DNA of 64,000 bases from Cyanobacteria bacterium P01_F01_bin.13. GTDB taxonomy: Bacteria; Cyanobacteriota; Cyanobacteriia; Phormidesmidales; Phormidesmidaceae. Made by a program: the position numbers and the translations under genes. The notes under the pieces are model-generated. The model made no database searches and was not told where the DNA came from. It saw only the letters and a list, made by a program, of their open reading frames with translations. This document shows positions 21,716 through 31,949 of the stretch, piece after piece. Location of the stretch: the NCBI GenBank assembly GCA_039191365.1, contig JBCCXQ010000004.1, forward strand, positions 6,458 to 70,457, in the 5' to 3' direction. Position 1 is the first letter of the stretch, and each line of letters begins with the position of its first letter.

Positions 21716-22441
21716 GTGCGAAGAATTGTTATCGCTGGTAATTGGAAGATGCACAAAACCCAGGCAGACAGCCTGGAGTTTTTAACTGGTTTTTTGCCCA
21801 AGCTAGAGGCCACACCAGAGCATCGAGAAATTATTCTATGTTCTCCCTTTACAGCCCTGACCACACTTTCTAAAACACTCCATGGTTCACGGGTGACGGT
21901 GGGGGCTCAAAATGTCCACTGGGAGTCGTCTGGTGCCTACACTGGTGCAGTTTCTGGTGAAATGCTGACAGAAATTGGTGTGCGCTATGTAATTGTCGGC
22001 CATAGCGAAAGACGGCAGTATTTTGGTGATACAGATGAAACCGTGAATCTCCGTCTAAAAGCTGCGCAGGCAGTTGGTCTCACTCCGATTCTCTGTGTCG
22101 GAGAAACCAAACAGCAGCGCGATGCAGGGGAAACAGAAACCCACGTAGTCAACCAAGTCAAAAAGGGATTAGCAGGTGTCGATCAAAGCAAACTGATCAT
22201 TGCCTATGAACCCATTTGGGCCATTGGTACCGGCGATACCTGCGCCTCAGAAGAGGCCAATCGTGTATGCTGGCTAATTCGTTCTCAGCTAGCCAACAAG
22301 GATGTCCCTATTCAGTATGGCGGCTCCGTCAAGCCAGGAAATGTGGATGAAATTATGAGCCAGCCTGAAATTGATGGTGCTCTTGTAGGAGGTGCGAGCT
22401 TAGACGCCGATAACTTCTCGCGCATCGTTAACTACCAGTAA
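21716..22441 (+). CDS. tpiA: Triosephosphate isomerase
   Basis: [36 protein letters not shown]. Confidence 0.98.
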   Translation: MRRIVIAGNWKMHKTQADSLEFLTGFLPKLEATPEHREIILCSPFTALTTLSKTLHGSRVTVGAQNVHWESSGAYTGAVSGEMLTEIGVRYVIVGHSERRQYFGDTDETVNLRLKAAQAVGLTPILCVGETKQQRDAGETETHVVNQVKKGLAGVDQSKLIIAYEPIWAIGTGDTCASEEANRVCWLIRSQLANKDVPIQYGGSVKPGNVDEIMSQPEIDGALVGGASLDADNFSRIVNYQ

Positions 22442-22500
22442 GCTCATGCTTACCATTTATCCTTTAACCTTCCCACCAGTGAGCTGACATCAGTTTTAGA

Positions 22501-23880
22501 CTACTCTGAACATCCACTGACAGAATGTTCATCATCGTGAATATAATAATGGGCGTGAACGTAAATTCGATCACGTCCCTGTTGTTTAGCGTGATAAAGT
22601 GCCAGGTCAGCGGCTTCTATTAGTTCTTGGGGAGAATGCTGATGCTGAGGTAAAACTGTGGCAATGCCCATAGTTAACGTAACCGCATGACTCACACTAG
22701 AGGAAGCGTGGGGAATATCCACTTTTGCTAAGTGTTTCTGAATCTCTAGGGCAATCCTATGGCCGGCTTCTGTATCAGAATTTGGCAAAACGACTGCAAA
22801 TTCCTCACCTCCGTAACGGGCAACCAAATCCGCTGGTCGTTGAATACAACGGGTTAGCACATCGCTTACTTTAGCTAAGCAAACATCTCCTGTGGGATGG
22901 CCATAGTAGTCGTTATATCGTTTGAAATAGTCAATATCACACAAAATCAAGGTGAGCAGCCTCTGCTCCCGAACTAGACGCTGCCATTCAGCTTCAAAGT
23001 AACTGTCAAACTGCCGTCGATTTGCCAACCCGGTCAGGCTGTCGGTTAAAGCAAGTGTCTTGAAATTATTATTATCTTGCCGTAACTGCTCGTATAGCAG
23101 ACCATGGCGCAGTGCGATCTCAATCTCACTCACCAGAATTTGGGCCTGATCCTGCTGTTCTATGGGCCAAATATGAGCCTGTTCTCTGCGGCCAATCGCC
23201 ACTAGCCCCCAAGGTCTTCCGGACTGCTGATACATAGGAGGCAAATGAATTGGCACTAAAAGCCAAGAGCCTGGAAACTGGCTCAGCCAGTGCTCATCCC
23301 CAGAGACCTGCTGTACAGACTGAGTGTTGATAGCAATGGGGTACAACTGCGACAACTTTATCGCCACAGACTTTAATCCAAGATACTGATTAAACGCACT
23401 GACACTAGCACAACTCATTGGATGCATAGACTGTGCAACTGGCTCCCAAAAGCACGGCCCCTTCTCAAGCAGAAAAATCCAATCTGCTTGAAAAAAGTCC
23501 ATCAGTGTCTGCACAGTCGTTTTATGAATGTCATCTACAGTCAAAACTCGCCGGATACGCTGAATGGTTTCCCGCAAGCACACTTGTTGTTCTAACTGCT
23601 GCTGCAGTGGCTGAGCATCCACCAGATCATCTTCAATATCGGAGGAAAAGACCATCCTTGAAGCAAGTACAAGAGTTTGATTAAATTGCCCAATTTGAGA
23701 GCTCAATGCCTGCTTAGAGTTTGACCATCTCTGCCCAACCCACACCAAGAATTTCAGCAGAACTGTTTGTAGCTGGGTCAATGTATGACTGAAAGAGCTG
23801 TAGTACATAGAATGCCCAGGAACCAAAGAAGTACAAGCAGCAGCAATGCCTGCCCGTTTCGACTGACATCGTTGCATCAC
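22501..23880 (-). CDS. GAF-GGDEF diguanylate cyclase (start uncertain)
   Basis: GAF-like region, DSLTGLANRR, DIDYFKRYND, I-site RPAD, ARYGGEEF. Confidence 0.88.
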   Translation of the reverse strand: MMQRCQSKRAGIAAACTSLVPGHSMYYSSFSHTLTQLQTVLLKFLVWVGQRWSNSKQALSSQIGQFNQTLVLASRMVFSSDIEDDLVDAQPLQQQLEQQVCLRETIQRIRRVLTVDDIHKTTVQTLMDFFQADWIFLLEKGPCFWEPVAQSMHPMSCASVSAFNQYLGLKSVAIKLSQLYPIAINTQSVQQVSGDEHWLSQFPGSWLLVPIHLPPMYQQSGRPWGLVAIGRREQAHIWPIEQQDQAQILVSEIEIALRHGLLYEQLRQDNNNFKTLALTDSLTGLANRRQFDSYFEAEWQRLVREQRLLTLILCDIDYFKRYNDYYGHPTGDVCLAKVSDVLTRCIQRPADLVARYGGEEFAVVLPNSDTEAGHRIALEIQKHLAKVDIPHASSSVSHAVTLTMGIATVLPQHQHSPQELIEAADLALYHAKQQGRDRIYVHAHYYIHDDEHSVSGCSE

Positions 23881-24505
23881 ACGGTAGAACTAATTTTTCA
23901 ACAGAAAACACACAATGCAACCTTCAATTCAGCACTAGCAAAGTCCCCATCAGGCCGTCCATAGGCTAACCTCCCAATTTCGGGCAAAGCATACCCTCTG
24001 CACACTTTTTAGAGGCAGACATATCGGAGCCTGAACCAATCAATAACTTTCAGGAACGTCTCTAAAACACTGAAACTGATAGCTGCAGATCATCGTGCAG
24101 CCTCAGGGAAAACACAATACTCAAAATCAAGCAACTCACAAGCAACTACAGAGTAGTGTTGCGATTTTTCGTACACAGCGTCTAACTCAACGACAGCAGC
24201 TACAGCATTTGCCCTAGCCACATCTCTAACCCCAAGTATCAAACGTGCTTTTAGGAACTTCCATCGTAGAAAGACTGAAATCAATCAAATAGAAAACACT
24301 AAACTCTAAAACTAATAGCTGGAGCTACTGATATAAATAGCGTTGGCCTTAAAAAATATATGTAGAGAAAGCCTTAAGACTATTAATTAATGTTAAGTAT
24401 TGGATGCAAATACAACGTTACTGAAAGCGTAGATCTGTCATACTCTCAAGTCATCAGGGATAACTAGTGTCATTAACGATGCACGCCAAGCTATGGTCTT
24501 GCAGC

Positions 24506-25297
24506 TTACAGTTTGAGGAAATGCTCCAAACCCAGAACCAATGAAGGGGGCCAGCGCCGCACATTTTGTACCCAGTCAAGATCGGCATAGCGTCGGTCAA
24601 GGCCACGGGCAGCAACCCATTGACTTTCGGCTTCTCCTCGATTGCCTGTCTCCCATAGAGCTGCTGTCAATGCAGCGCGCACATCTGCATAGTTGGGATA
24701 CTTGCGTGCCAAGCTTTTGAGCACCTGCAACGACTTCGTATATTGGCCTACCTCAAACAAAGCAATTCCATAGTTGGCATACCCTAAAGAAAAACTCGGC
24801 TGAATCGTAATGGACTTTTCATAATCCTTCAGAGCAGAGTTCCAATCACCTTGACCACCCTTGGCATTACCGCGATTGTTATATGCCGCAGGGTCATCGG
24901 GTGATAGCTTCAGGACTCGATTGTAGTCATTAATGGCCTGATGCCATTTGCCAATTGCTTCATAGGCAGCACCACGGTTGAGATAGGAGTCCGGCTGTAG
25001 AGGATTGAGAGCAATCGATCGGTCATAGTCACTAATCGCCGCCTCAATTTTGTTTTGGCTCACACGCACATTGCCCCGATTGCTCCATAGAGCAGGTTCA
25101 TCAGGCAGAGCCTCAATGAGCTGAGTCCAAACTATCTCCGCTCGGTCAAATTTGCCGTTGCGAGTAAGCTCAAATGCCTGTATACGTAAACTCCCTAAAT
25201 CAACCTGCAGAGCAGCTGAAGTACTTGCCCACGCTGGCGATAACATCGATGTACATATTAGCCATAGCCCAAAGCCAATTGTGAATAACCAGCGCAT
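24506..25297 (-). CDS. Exported TPR protein
   Basis: Signal peptide; repeated (W/Y).NRG TPR units; C-terminal RRWPPSL. Confidence 0.85.
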   Translation of the reverse strand: MRWLFTIGFGLWLICTSMLSPAWASTSAALQVDLGSLRIQAFELTRNGKFDRAEIVWTQLIEALPDEPALWSNRGNVRVSQNKIEAAISDYDRSIALNPLQPDSYLNRGAAYEAIGKWHQAINDYNRVLKLSPDDPAAYNNRGNAKGGQGDWNSALKDYEKSITIQPSFSLGYANYGIALFEVGQYTKSLQVLKSLARKYPNYADVRAALTAALWETGNRGEAESQWVAARGLDRRYADLDWVQNVRRWPPSLVLGLEHFLKL

Positions 25298-25405
25298 ACT
25301 GTGCCTAAAGGTTTCCTTCTATAGCTTAGATTGGATCACTCGCACACGCCTGCAAAGTCATCGCTTTTTATCTCTTTAGCTCCTAGATAACTCTAGGTAG
25401 GATAA

Positions 25406-26395
25406 CTATCCTAACAATCGCAACTTGATCCAGTCGTGCTCCACTTGAGCGACCATCCCTCCTGGAAAGGGATCGGTCTGTGTACGATTAGGAGCATCAG
25501 CCAACGCCACTAGCTTCTCAATGTGCTCAAAGTTGGGCTGCTGGGGGAGTACTGTTCGCAAAAGACGACGGGCTACACGTCGTTGTAAGGCCAGAGGGGC
25601 AACCTTAAATAAAGGGCGATAGATAGCTCTACCCACCTCTATCGATTTGACGACTTCGCTGTAAAGTTTATCGGTCTCCTGCTCTAAATAGTCAACCTCA
25701 GCCGTGAAAATCTCGGCAGTTTGAGCTAAGACATTTTCAACATTGGGATTAAAGTGCGATCTCAAATAGGGCATCAGCTCTTGACGAATACGGTTTCGAC
25801 GATAATGCAGATTCTCGTTAGAGCTGTCATACCAGATAGGCAATTCTAGTACACGACAAAACTCCTCAGTTTCCTGACGGGTTAGACGTAGTAAAGGACG
25901 CGTCAAAGAAATTTCCGGATGCTCGGGACTGAGAGGCCTCTGCCAGCTTAGAGCCTGAATACCATCTGCACCACTTCCCCGTAACAGATTGTAGAGAACC
26001 GTTTCAGCCCGATCAGTCGCTGTATGGCCAGTGACTACATGGCAATATCCATGAGTTTTGGCCAAATTTGCGAAGACCTCATAGCGCCAATCACGAGCTG
26101 CAGCCTCAGTTGGCGTTAGCGACTGAGCAGTCTCAACAAAGCAGGGAATCTGCCACTGCCGGGCCAGCTGCAACACATGGGTAGCGTTTTCAGCAGCATC
26201 AGCCCGCCAGCCATGATCACAATGGACTACAGCTAATTGCCATTGCCATTGTGATCTCAAATCCAACAATAGTTTGGCCAAACACAACGAATCCTGTCCC
26301 CCAGACACCGCCATTAAAATAGCTGTGCCCTTCGGAAGCAGGACTGTTGCCTTCAGTAATGTGTGAATCCGAGCGTGGATAGGGGTCCAAGACAT
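25406..26395 (-). CDS. tilS: tRNA(Ile)-lysidine synthetase
   Basis: AVSGGQDS PP-loop, HCDHGWR, EAAARDWRY, TGHTATDRAET, RPLL, RNRIR; ATG at 26395 preferred. Confidence 0.95.
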   Translation of the reverse strand: MSWTPIHARIHTLLKATVLLPKGTAILMAVSGGQDSLCLAKLLLDLRSQWQWQLAVVHCDHGWRADAAENATHVLQLARQWQIPCFVETAQSLTPTEAAARDWRYEVFANLAKTHGYCHVVTGHTATDRAETVLYNLLRGSGADGIQALSWQRPLSPEHPEISLTRPLLRLTRQETEEFCRVLELPIWYDSSNENLHYRRNRIRQELMPYLRSHFNPNVENVLAQTAEIFTAEVDYLEQETDKLYSEVVKSIEVGRAIYRPLFKVAPLALQRRVARRLLRTVLPQQPNFEHIEKLVALADAPNRTQTDPFPGGMVAQVEHDWIKLRLLG

Positions 26396-26436
26396 ACTGA
26401 TCTCCCTATCCACTCCCTAACGTTAGTTATCCAGCA

Positions 26437-28377
26437 TTAGTTACCCCGATCCTTCAGGTCATCAGCAATATCAGATGCCTGGTCTTTAAGGTTACTAGCC
26501 TGGTCACCAGCCTTGTCCACACCTTCACGTACACGCTGCCATAGAGATTGAGCCCCCTTATTAGAGTCATTAACAACGTTTTTAACAGCATTATCAGCAG
26601 CATCAGCGATGCCGCCGAGTTTGCCAGTCGCAGCATCAGCACCACCTTGAATAGTGCTACCAGCGCTACCTAAACCACCTTTAATGCCGTCACCCATGCC
26701 ACTAACCCTGCTTTGAATAGAATTACCGGCGCTATCTAGGCCACCTTTCATGTCTTGCATACCCTGCTGAGCAGCACCTTGGATATTGCCGAGGCCACCC
26801 TTAGCAGCGCCACCAGCATTCTCAAGGCCACCCTTAATGCTACCTAGACCACCCTTAGCGACACCACCAGCATTCTCAAGGCCATCCTTAATGCTACCTA
26901 GACCGCCTCTGGATATGTTGCCAACATGATCTAGGCCACCTTGGGCTGTATCACTAACGTTGTCAAGGCCACCCTTGATTGAACCCAGACCGCCCCTAGC
27001 AACATCGTCTACAGTATCAAGACCGCGTTTAGCAACATTGCCACCCCGCTTCGTAGCAGCCCATGCAGCACCGCCAGCAGCAGCAGCCCCAGCAGCGGCC
27101 CCTGCCCCTGCTCTCCCTACATTCGATAGACCAGCATTCGATAGACCAGCTCCTTGAGCAGTAGCATAAGCAGTAGTGTCATCATTCTTACGACGACGGG
27201 ACCCCCAAGCCACTAACCCCAAACAAGCTGCTGGGACTATCATCAGCCACCAGAGATTAGCCCGACTTTGAGCAGTCGGATTACTCTCAGGCACACCCTG
27301 ACCAGTGGCGGGCGCTACCTGATTAGCCGCATTAGCGGCTGCATCAGTCGCACCCTGAACCACATTAGCTGTAACATCAGCTGCGCTCTGAACTGCATTA
27401 CCGGCTGCATCAGTCGTACCCTGAATTGCATCACCGGCTGCATCAGCAACACTTTGTACCGTATTGCTAGCGGCACTGACTAAACCGGCCAATGGATTAG
27501 CAGATTTTAGAATCGCTTGACCAGGCTCACCAACCGCATATCCTAAAAAGGCCGCTACCGCAGGAGAAGGTTCACCTTTATAAACAAAGGAAAAAGGTTG
27601 CGAAAAGGGATAGCGCGGATCAGTGGGCAAGGTTTTGTGCATGGGGAGTACACGCACCCCATTTAAGTCGTCAACTTCACTCACCAGAGCATAGCTAATG
27701 CCGTCAGCGCCTAGCTCCTTAGCAAGATCAGCAGTATTGTCGGTATCTAGCTGAGCAGCACCGCCCCCTGTAGCAAATTTTGCTGCCTGGAAAACGGGAT
27801 AAGGAGCCAACGCCAAGCGAGTATCACTGACATCAGGGCGATCGACCAGGCGAATAGCACCAGCAGGGCCACCGACTTCAGACCAGTCAGTAATCTCACC
27901 ACGAAAAATTTGAGCAAATTGCTCACTAGTCAAACTATCGCTAAACGCATTATTTTCACCAACGATAATTGCAATCTTGATACGATTAACGTCCACAGCA
28001 GACAAGCCTTGGGCACTTTCATCTGCACTCAGAGGTCGGCTAATCGCAGCTAAGTCAGAATCTCCATCAATCAGAGCCTGGATTGCGCGATCAGCACCCA
28101 CAGCGTCCACATGAACAGTAGCGCCACTATTATATTTACCTTCAAAATCAGCCTTGAGCACGTCGCTGATCAAATTCATAGCGTCGGAACCACTGCTCAC
28201 CCGCAGAGTGATGTCATTAGGGATAGAAGTCGGCACCTCAAAAGCAGTAGTGGGAGCAGCAATGGCTGCAAAACGAGCAAAAGGCTGATGGGGCGCAACA
28301 ACAATCAGAAGGGCAACTGTAGCAGCCAGGGAAAATGTAGAGCGAGACCTGAGCATATCTAAAAACCTCGTATTCAC
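26437..28377 (-). CDS. PstS/PBP-like substrate-binding domain + TM + Gly-rich amphipathic repeat tail
   Basis: DLAAISRPL, IFRGEITDWSEVGG, VDRP..SDTR, YPFSQP; TM LWWLMIVPAACLGLVAW-RRRK; GL(G/D/E) repeats. Confidence 0.75.
   Translation of the reverse strand: MNTRFLDMLRSRSTFSLAATVALLIVVAPHQPFARFAAIAAPTTAFEVPTSIPNDITLRVSSGSDAMNLISDVLKADFEGKYNSGATVHVDAVGADRAIQALIDGDSDLAAISRPLSADESAQGLSAVDVNRIKIAIIVGENNAFSDSLTSEQFAQIFRGEITDWSEVGGPAGAIRLVDRPDVSDTRLALAPYPVFQAAKFATGGGAAQLDTDNTADLAKELGADGISYALVSEVDDLNGVRVLPMHKTLPTDPRYPFSQPFSFVYKGEPSPAVAAFLGYAVGEPGQAILKSANPLAGLVSAASNTVQSVADAAGDAIQGTTDAAGNAVQSAADVTANVVQGATDAAANAANQVAPATGQGVPESNPTAQSRANLWWLMIVPAACLGLVAWGSRRRKNDDTTAYATAQGAGLSNAGLSNVGRAGAGAAAGAAAAGGAAWAATKRGGNVAKRGLDTVDDVARGGLGSIKGGLDNVSDTAQGGLDHVGNISRGGLGSIKDGLENAGGVAKGGLGSIKGGLENAGGAAKGGLGNIQGAAQQGMQDMKGGLDSAGNSIQSRVSGMGDGIKGGLGSAGSTIQGGADAATGKLGGIADAADNAVKNVVNDSNKGAQSLWQRVREGVDKAGDQASNLKDQASDIADDLKDRGN
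26795..26905. repeat. 54-bp tandem repeat (18-aa unit GGLGSIK(G/D)GLENAGGxAK) inside the PstS-like gene
   Basis: ccaccagcattctcaaggcca(c/t)ccttaatgctacctagacc occurs twice, 54 bp apart; separate 15-bp duplication cattcgatagaccag at about 27120-27149. Confidence 0.85.
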
Positions 28378-28962
28378 AAGAGCTATTTACATGGACACTG
28401 AGATAAGACTTAAGCGGCGACGACACCACTCCAAACCACCAATAATTTTATCGCCAGAGAAAAACCCAGATTTAATAAAGAATATCCGGATAAATTAACA
28501 AATATCCAGATATCTTGAGTATTTAGGCATCAATCTTGGGAATTTGATGCTATTCAAGCCATATACATCAATAAACAAGCCTTAACACACATGCATGAAC
28601 ACACTGAGTTACATGTATATCCACCAACGATAGAGCGACTGGAACGGTCAGATGCGGAATTTTAGTTTTTTTTCAGTTGAGATATGGACGGATATACTGC
28701 TGTAACGCGTTGATACTGTTCAATCCAATCCAATCAAAACAGACGACTGGTGCAGGAACATTCGGCGAATGGCGCAATTCTTTACAGCCAAACTGACAAT
28801 CTTCAAATAGATCACCATCTCAATAGTTGATATTTAATCACTGGCAATTGTTTTAGACGAACTGCCCCATAGCGGTTTATGCGCTTCGAGACTACTATGG
28901 GGCAATGATTTTTCTAAACTTGTTCAACAGCACTCTATGGAGGGCTCTTCGCGAACTGGGAT

Positions 28963-29991
28963 ATGGATAACGGCGCAGACAACAACATAATTCTTCACAC
29001 TGACTCTGAGAGCCTTTTAGACTCCGGTGAGACGCCTACTAATGTCTCTGAAAAACGGAATAGTTCCGAGCACCAGCAACATTCAGCCCCCTCTCAAAAC
29101 AAGAAACCTTTGCTAGATGAGCGGTCTGCCCTATCTGCGCGATTGAAAGCTTCTAAAAATGTAGAACTCTATGTCTATGAGGGCAATAACAACGATATTG
29201 GCAGTGATACTGCTGCTTTAATGGATGTCTCTTCTCTCGATGTCGAGCCAGAAGCCGAGGAAAACATTTCCAAACAGCATATATCCCTCAAAAGTGAACA
29301 GGGACGATTACTGTTGCTACTACCCTCTTCTTCTGCCAAGAGTTTTACGCCAGTGGAGTGGGAAGAGCTGTGTCAGCAGTTGACACGTCGGTTAAAGTCC
29401 GAGAACCGATTTTTTGAGGCTAATACAGCCGTGCATTTGATTGCCCGCGAGCGACTTTTGGATAGTCGACAGCTCCAGGAAATCGATGAAATTCTCCAGA
29501 CTGCTGAACTGCGAATGAAACGGATCTACACCCAGCGACGCCAGACAGCGGTAGCTGCTGCAACGGCTGGTTATTCGGTGGAGCAGCAAACCAAGTTAGA
29601 GCATTTACATGATGCTCAAGACGCAGGTAAGGCCTTGGAAACACCGCTTTATTTACAAATGACCGTACGCTCTGGTACTGAAATTCGCCATCCCGGATCA
29701 ATTGTCGTTTTAGGCGATGTCAACCCGGGCGGAACATTAATCGCTGCAGGGGATATTTTTGTTTGGGGTCGGCTGCGAGGATTAGCCCATGCAGGCTCAG
29801 ACGGAAATGCATCCTGCCGCATCATGGCTTTACATCTGCAACCCACCCAGCTGCGGATTGCAGATAGGGTGGCACGGGCTCCGGCAAAGCCGCCAGCTTT
29901 ATATCAACCTGAAGTAGCCTATGTCAACAATGATGGAATTCGGATTGCGATCGCATCCGAGTTTGCCCAGATTCACCTCAACATCCTTTGA
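28963..29991 (+). CDS. minC: Septum site-determining protein MinC
   Basis: TVRSGTEIRHPG, GDVNPGG, GDIFVWGRLRGLAHAG, PTQLRIA; followed by minD and minE. Confidence 0.93.
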   Translation: MDNGADNNIILHTDSESLLDSGETPTNVSEKRNSSEHQQHSAPSQNKKPLLDERSALSARLKASKNVELYVYEGNNNDIGSDTAALMDVSSLDVEPEAEENISKQHISLKSEQGRLLLLLPSSSAKSFTPVEWEELCQQLTRRLKSENRFFEANTAVHLIARERLLDSRQLQEIDEILQTAELRMKRIYTQRRQTAVAAATAGYSVEQQTKLEHLHDAQDAGKALETPLYLQMTVRSGTEIRHPGSIVVLGDVNPGGTLIAAGDIFVWGRLRGLAHAGSDGNASCRIMALHLQPTQLRIADRVARAPAKPPALYQPEVAYVNNDGIRIAIASEFAQIHLNIL

Positions 29992-30150
29992 ACAAAGAGG
30001 TCTATGGTAAGGCTTAAGCATTTTGCATAGGCTACCGTCAAAAAATCTCCAAGAAATTTCCCATAAAATTTGCCACAACATGCGATTATTGCCCTACTTA
30101 AGCCCCATCCTGCACGAACACCCTCATCAATCGCCCATTTATCCATGGCT

Positions 30151-30945
30151 ATGAACCGCATTATTGTCATTACCTCCGGCAAGGGAGGCGTTGGGAAAAC
30201 CACCTGCACCGCCAATCTGGGTATGGCCCTAGCCAAGTCAGGCAAACGCGTCGTAGTAATTGATGCTGACTTTGGATTGCGCAATCTAGACCTGTTGCTA
30301 GGGCTAGAAAATCGCATCGTTTACACAGCTTTAGATGTACTAGCTGGGGATTGTCGCCTCGATCAGGCACTCGTCAAGGATAAACGCCAGCCAAATTTAG
30401 CCCTACTCCCGGCAGCCCAAAACCGCTCCAAAGAATCCATCACCCCAGACCAGATGAAGAAACTGGTACGGGCCCTCACCAAAGCCTATAACTTTGTCTT
30501 GATTGACAGTCCAGCGGGGATTGAAATGGGATTTCGCAATGCCATTGCAGCTGCTCGTGAAGCCATTATTATTACCACCCCAGAAATTTCCGCCGTGCGC
30601 GATGCTGATCGCGTTATTGGCCTGTTGGAAGCCAACGACATCAGGGCCATGCGGCTGATTATCAATCGATTAAAGCCAGCCATGGTAGAAGCTGAACAAA
30701 TGATGTCTGTCAAAGATGTGCAAGACATTTTAGCAGTGCCCCTGCTAGGGGTGATACCCGATGATGAACAGGTAGTGGTTTCTACCAACAATGGAGAACC
30801 CCTCGTCCTAGACAAAGAACTTTCCCAGGCGGGAACGGCCGTCTCTAATATCGCTCGTCGATTACAAGGAGAAAAAGTCCCGCTGATGGATTTAAGCGTG
30901 CCAAAAGATAGCTTTTTTAAGAAACTACGTCAGTTATTTAACTAG
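30151..30945 (+). CDS. minD: Septum site-determining ATPase MinD
   Basis: TSGKGGVGKTT, DFGLRNLD, DSPAGIE, AVRDADR, C-terminal amphipathic FFKKLRQLF; ATG at 30145/30151. Confidence 0.97.
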   Translation: MNRIIVITSGKGGVGKTTCTANLGMALAKSGKRVVVIDADFGLRNLDLLLGLENRIVYTALDVLAGDCRLDQALVKDKRQPNLALLPAAQNRSKESITPDQMKKLVRALTKAYNFVLIDSPAGIEMGFRNAIAAAREAIIITTPEISAVRDADRVIGLLEANDIRAMRLIINRLKPAMVEAEQMMSVKDVQDILAVPLLGVIPDDEQVVVSTNNGEPLVLDKELSQAGTAVSNIARRLQGEKVPLMDLSVPKDSFFKKLRQLFN

Positions 30946-31032
30946 GTTTACCAAGACGGTCGATGGGCGGCGATCGTTATACCGTTGCTGATGCAAACAA
31001 TATAAATGCCCTCCGCCTTATCGGAAACGACC

Positions 31033-31422
31033 ATGATTAGTGACTTTCTCGAACGACTTTTTGGCTCCCGTGAACCAGTTAGCCGTGACACGGCTAAACA
31101 GCGTCTAAGGTTTGTCTTAGCCCACGACCGCTCCGACATTTCCCCTCAAAACCTAGAAAAGCTGCGTCAAGAAATTTTGGAGGTGGTATCGCGTTACGTC
31201 GAACTCGACTTTGATAGTCTTGAATTTTCCCTCGAATCAGATCAACGTATGACAGCACTCATGGCGAATTTACCCATCCGCCGGGTGCGTGCTAATCCCT
31301 TAGAACCGGATCATCCCGTTGAGGAATCGCCGGAGACAAATCTGCAATTGGAAGATGAGGCTATCAACCTTGACGATATGGTGGAAGAAGCATCAGAAAC
31401 AGCGGATATTCCCTTGGAATAG
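31033..31422 (+). CDS. minE: Cell division topological specificity factor MinE
   Basis: SRDTAKQRLRFVLAHDR, EILEVVSRYV, L.ANLPIRRV. Confidence 0.95.
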   Translation: MISDFLERLFGSREPVSRDTAKQRLRFVLAHDRSDISPQNLEKLRQEILEVVSRYVELDFDSLEFSLESDQRMTALMANLPIRRVRANPLEPDHPVEESPETNLQLEDEAINLDDMVEEASETADIPLE

Positions 31423-31425
31423 ACA

Positions 31426-31932
31426 TTATCGCCATTGGCAATTGTATTCATAGATTGAGATGGCTGCTGCTGTCTGAACATTGAGTGAGTTCACTTGGCC
31501 ATATTGTGGAATCGTTAATGCCACATCGCATAGCTTTTCAATATCTGACGGAATACCAGTCAGTTCTCGACCCACGAGCAGAAGTGTTTTGGCAGCAAAC
31601 ACATAGTTGGCTAAGGTTTGTGTTTGGGCACCGACTGTCAGCGCTACACGCGTGTAGCCTATCTGTTGAGATAGCCATGCTTGCAGCCGATCTGGCGGAC
31701 AATAGTCCACCGGTTGCCACTGCTGGGCCGATGCAGCAACCTTGCGAAACTCCCAAGAGTCTTGAGGCCTAGGTAATATCAAACGACTCACCCCCAGAAC
31801 TTCACAGGTACGACATAGAGCGGCCTGATTAGATATCTTTTCGACTAAAGATGCACATACCACCAACGATGGAACGTCATGGTCGCAACGACTTTGAATC
31901 GGCCTCTGCCCACCTGTCTGGATGATGCTCAC
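31426..31932 (-). CDS. TrmH/SpoU family RNA methyltransferase
   Basis: N.AALCRTCEVLG, LLVGRELTGIP, IPQYG.VNSLNV.TAAAI. Confidence 0.88.
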   Translation of the reverse strand: MSIIQTGGQRPIQSRCDHDVPSLVVCASLVEKISNQAALCRTCEVLGVSRLILPRPQDSWEFRKVAASAQQWQPVDYCPPDRLQAWLSQQIGYTRVALTVGAQTQTLANYVFAAKTLLLVGRELTGIPSDIEKLCDVALTIPQYGQVNSLNVQTAAAISIYEYNCQWR

Positions 31933-31949
31933 CGCCTCCTAATCTGCGA

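Noticed and set aside
23930-24040. c-di-GMP-I riboswitch-like GCAAA segments
   Set aside because: Wrong strand for the GGDEF gene and no P1/P2 architecture
18002-29946. 12-kb gap without HIP1 as a sign of foreign DNA
   Set aside because: The region contains core genes (pnp, tpiA, tilS, minC), and a gap this size is plausible by chance at the observed density
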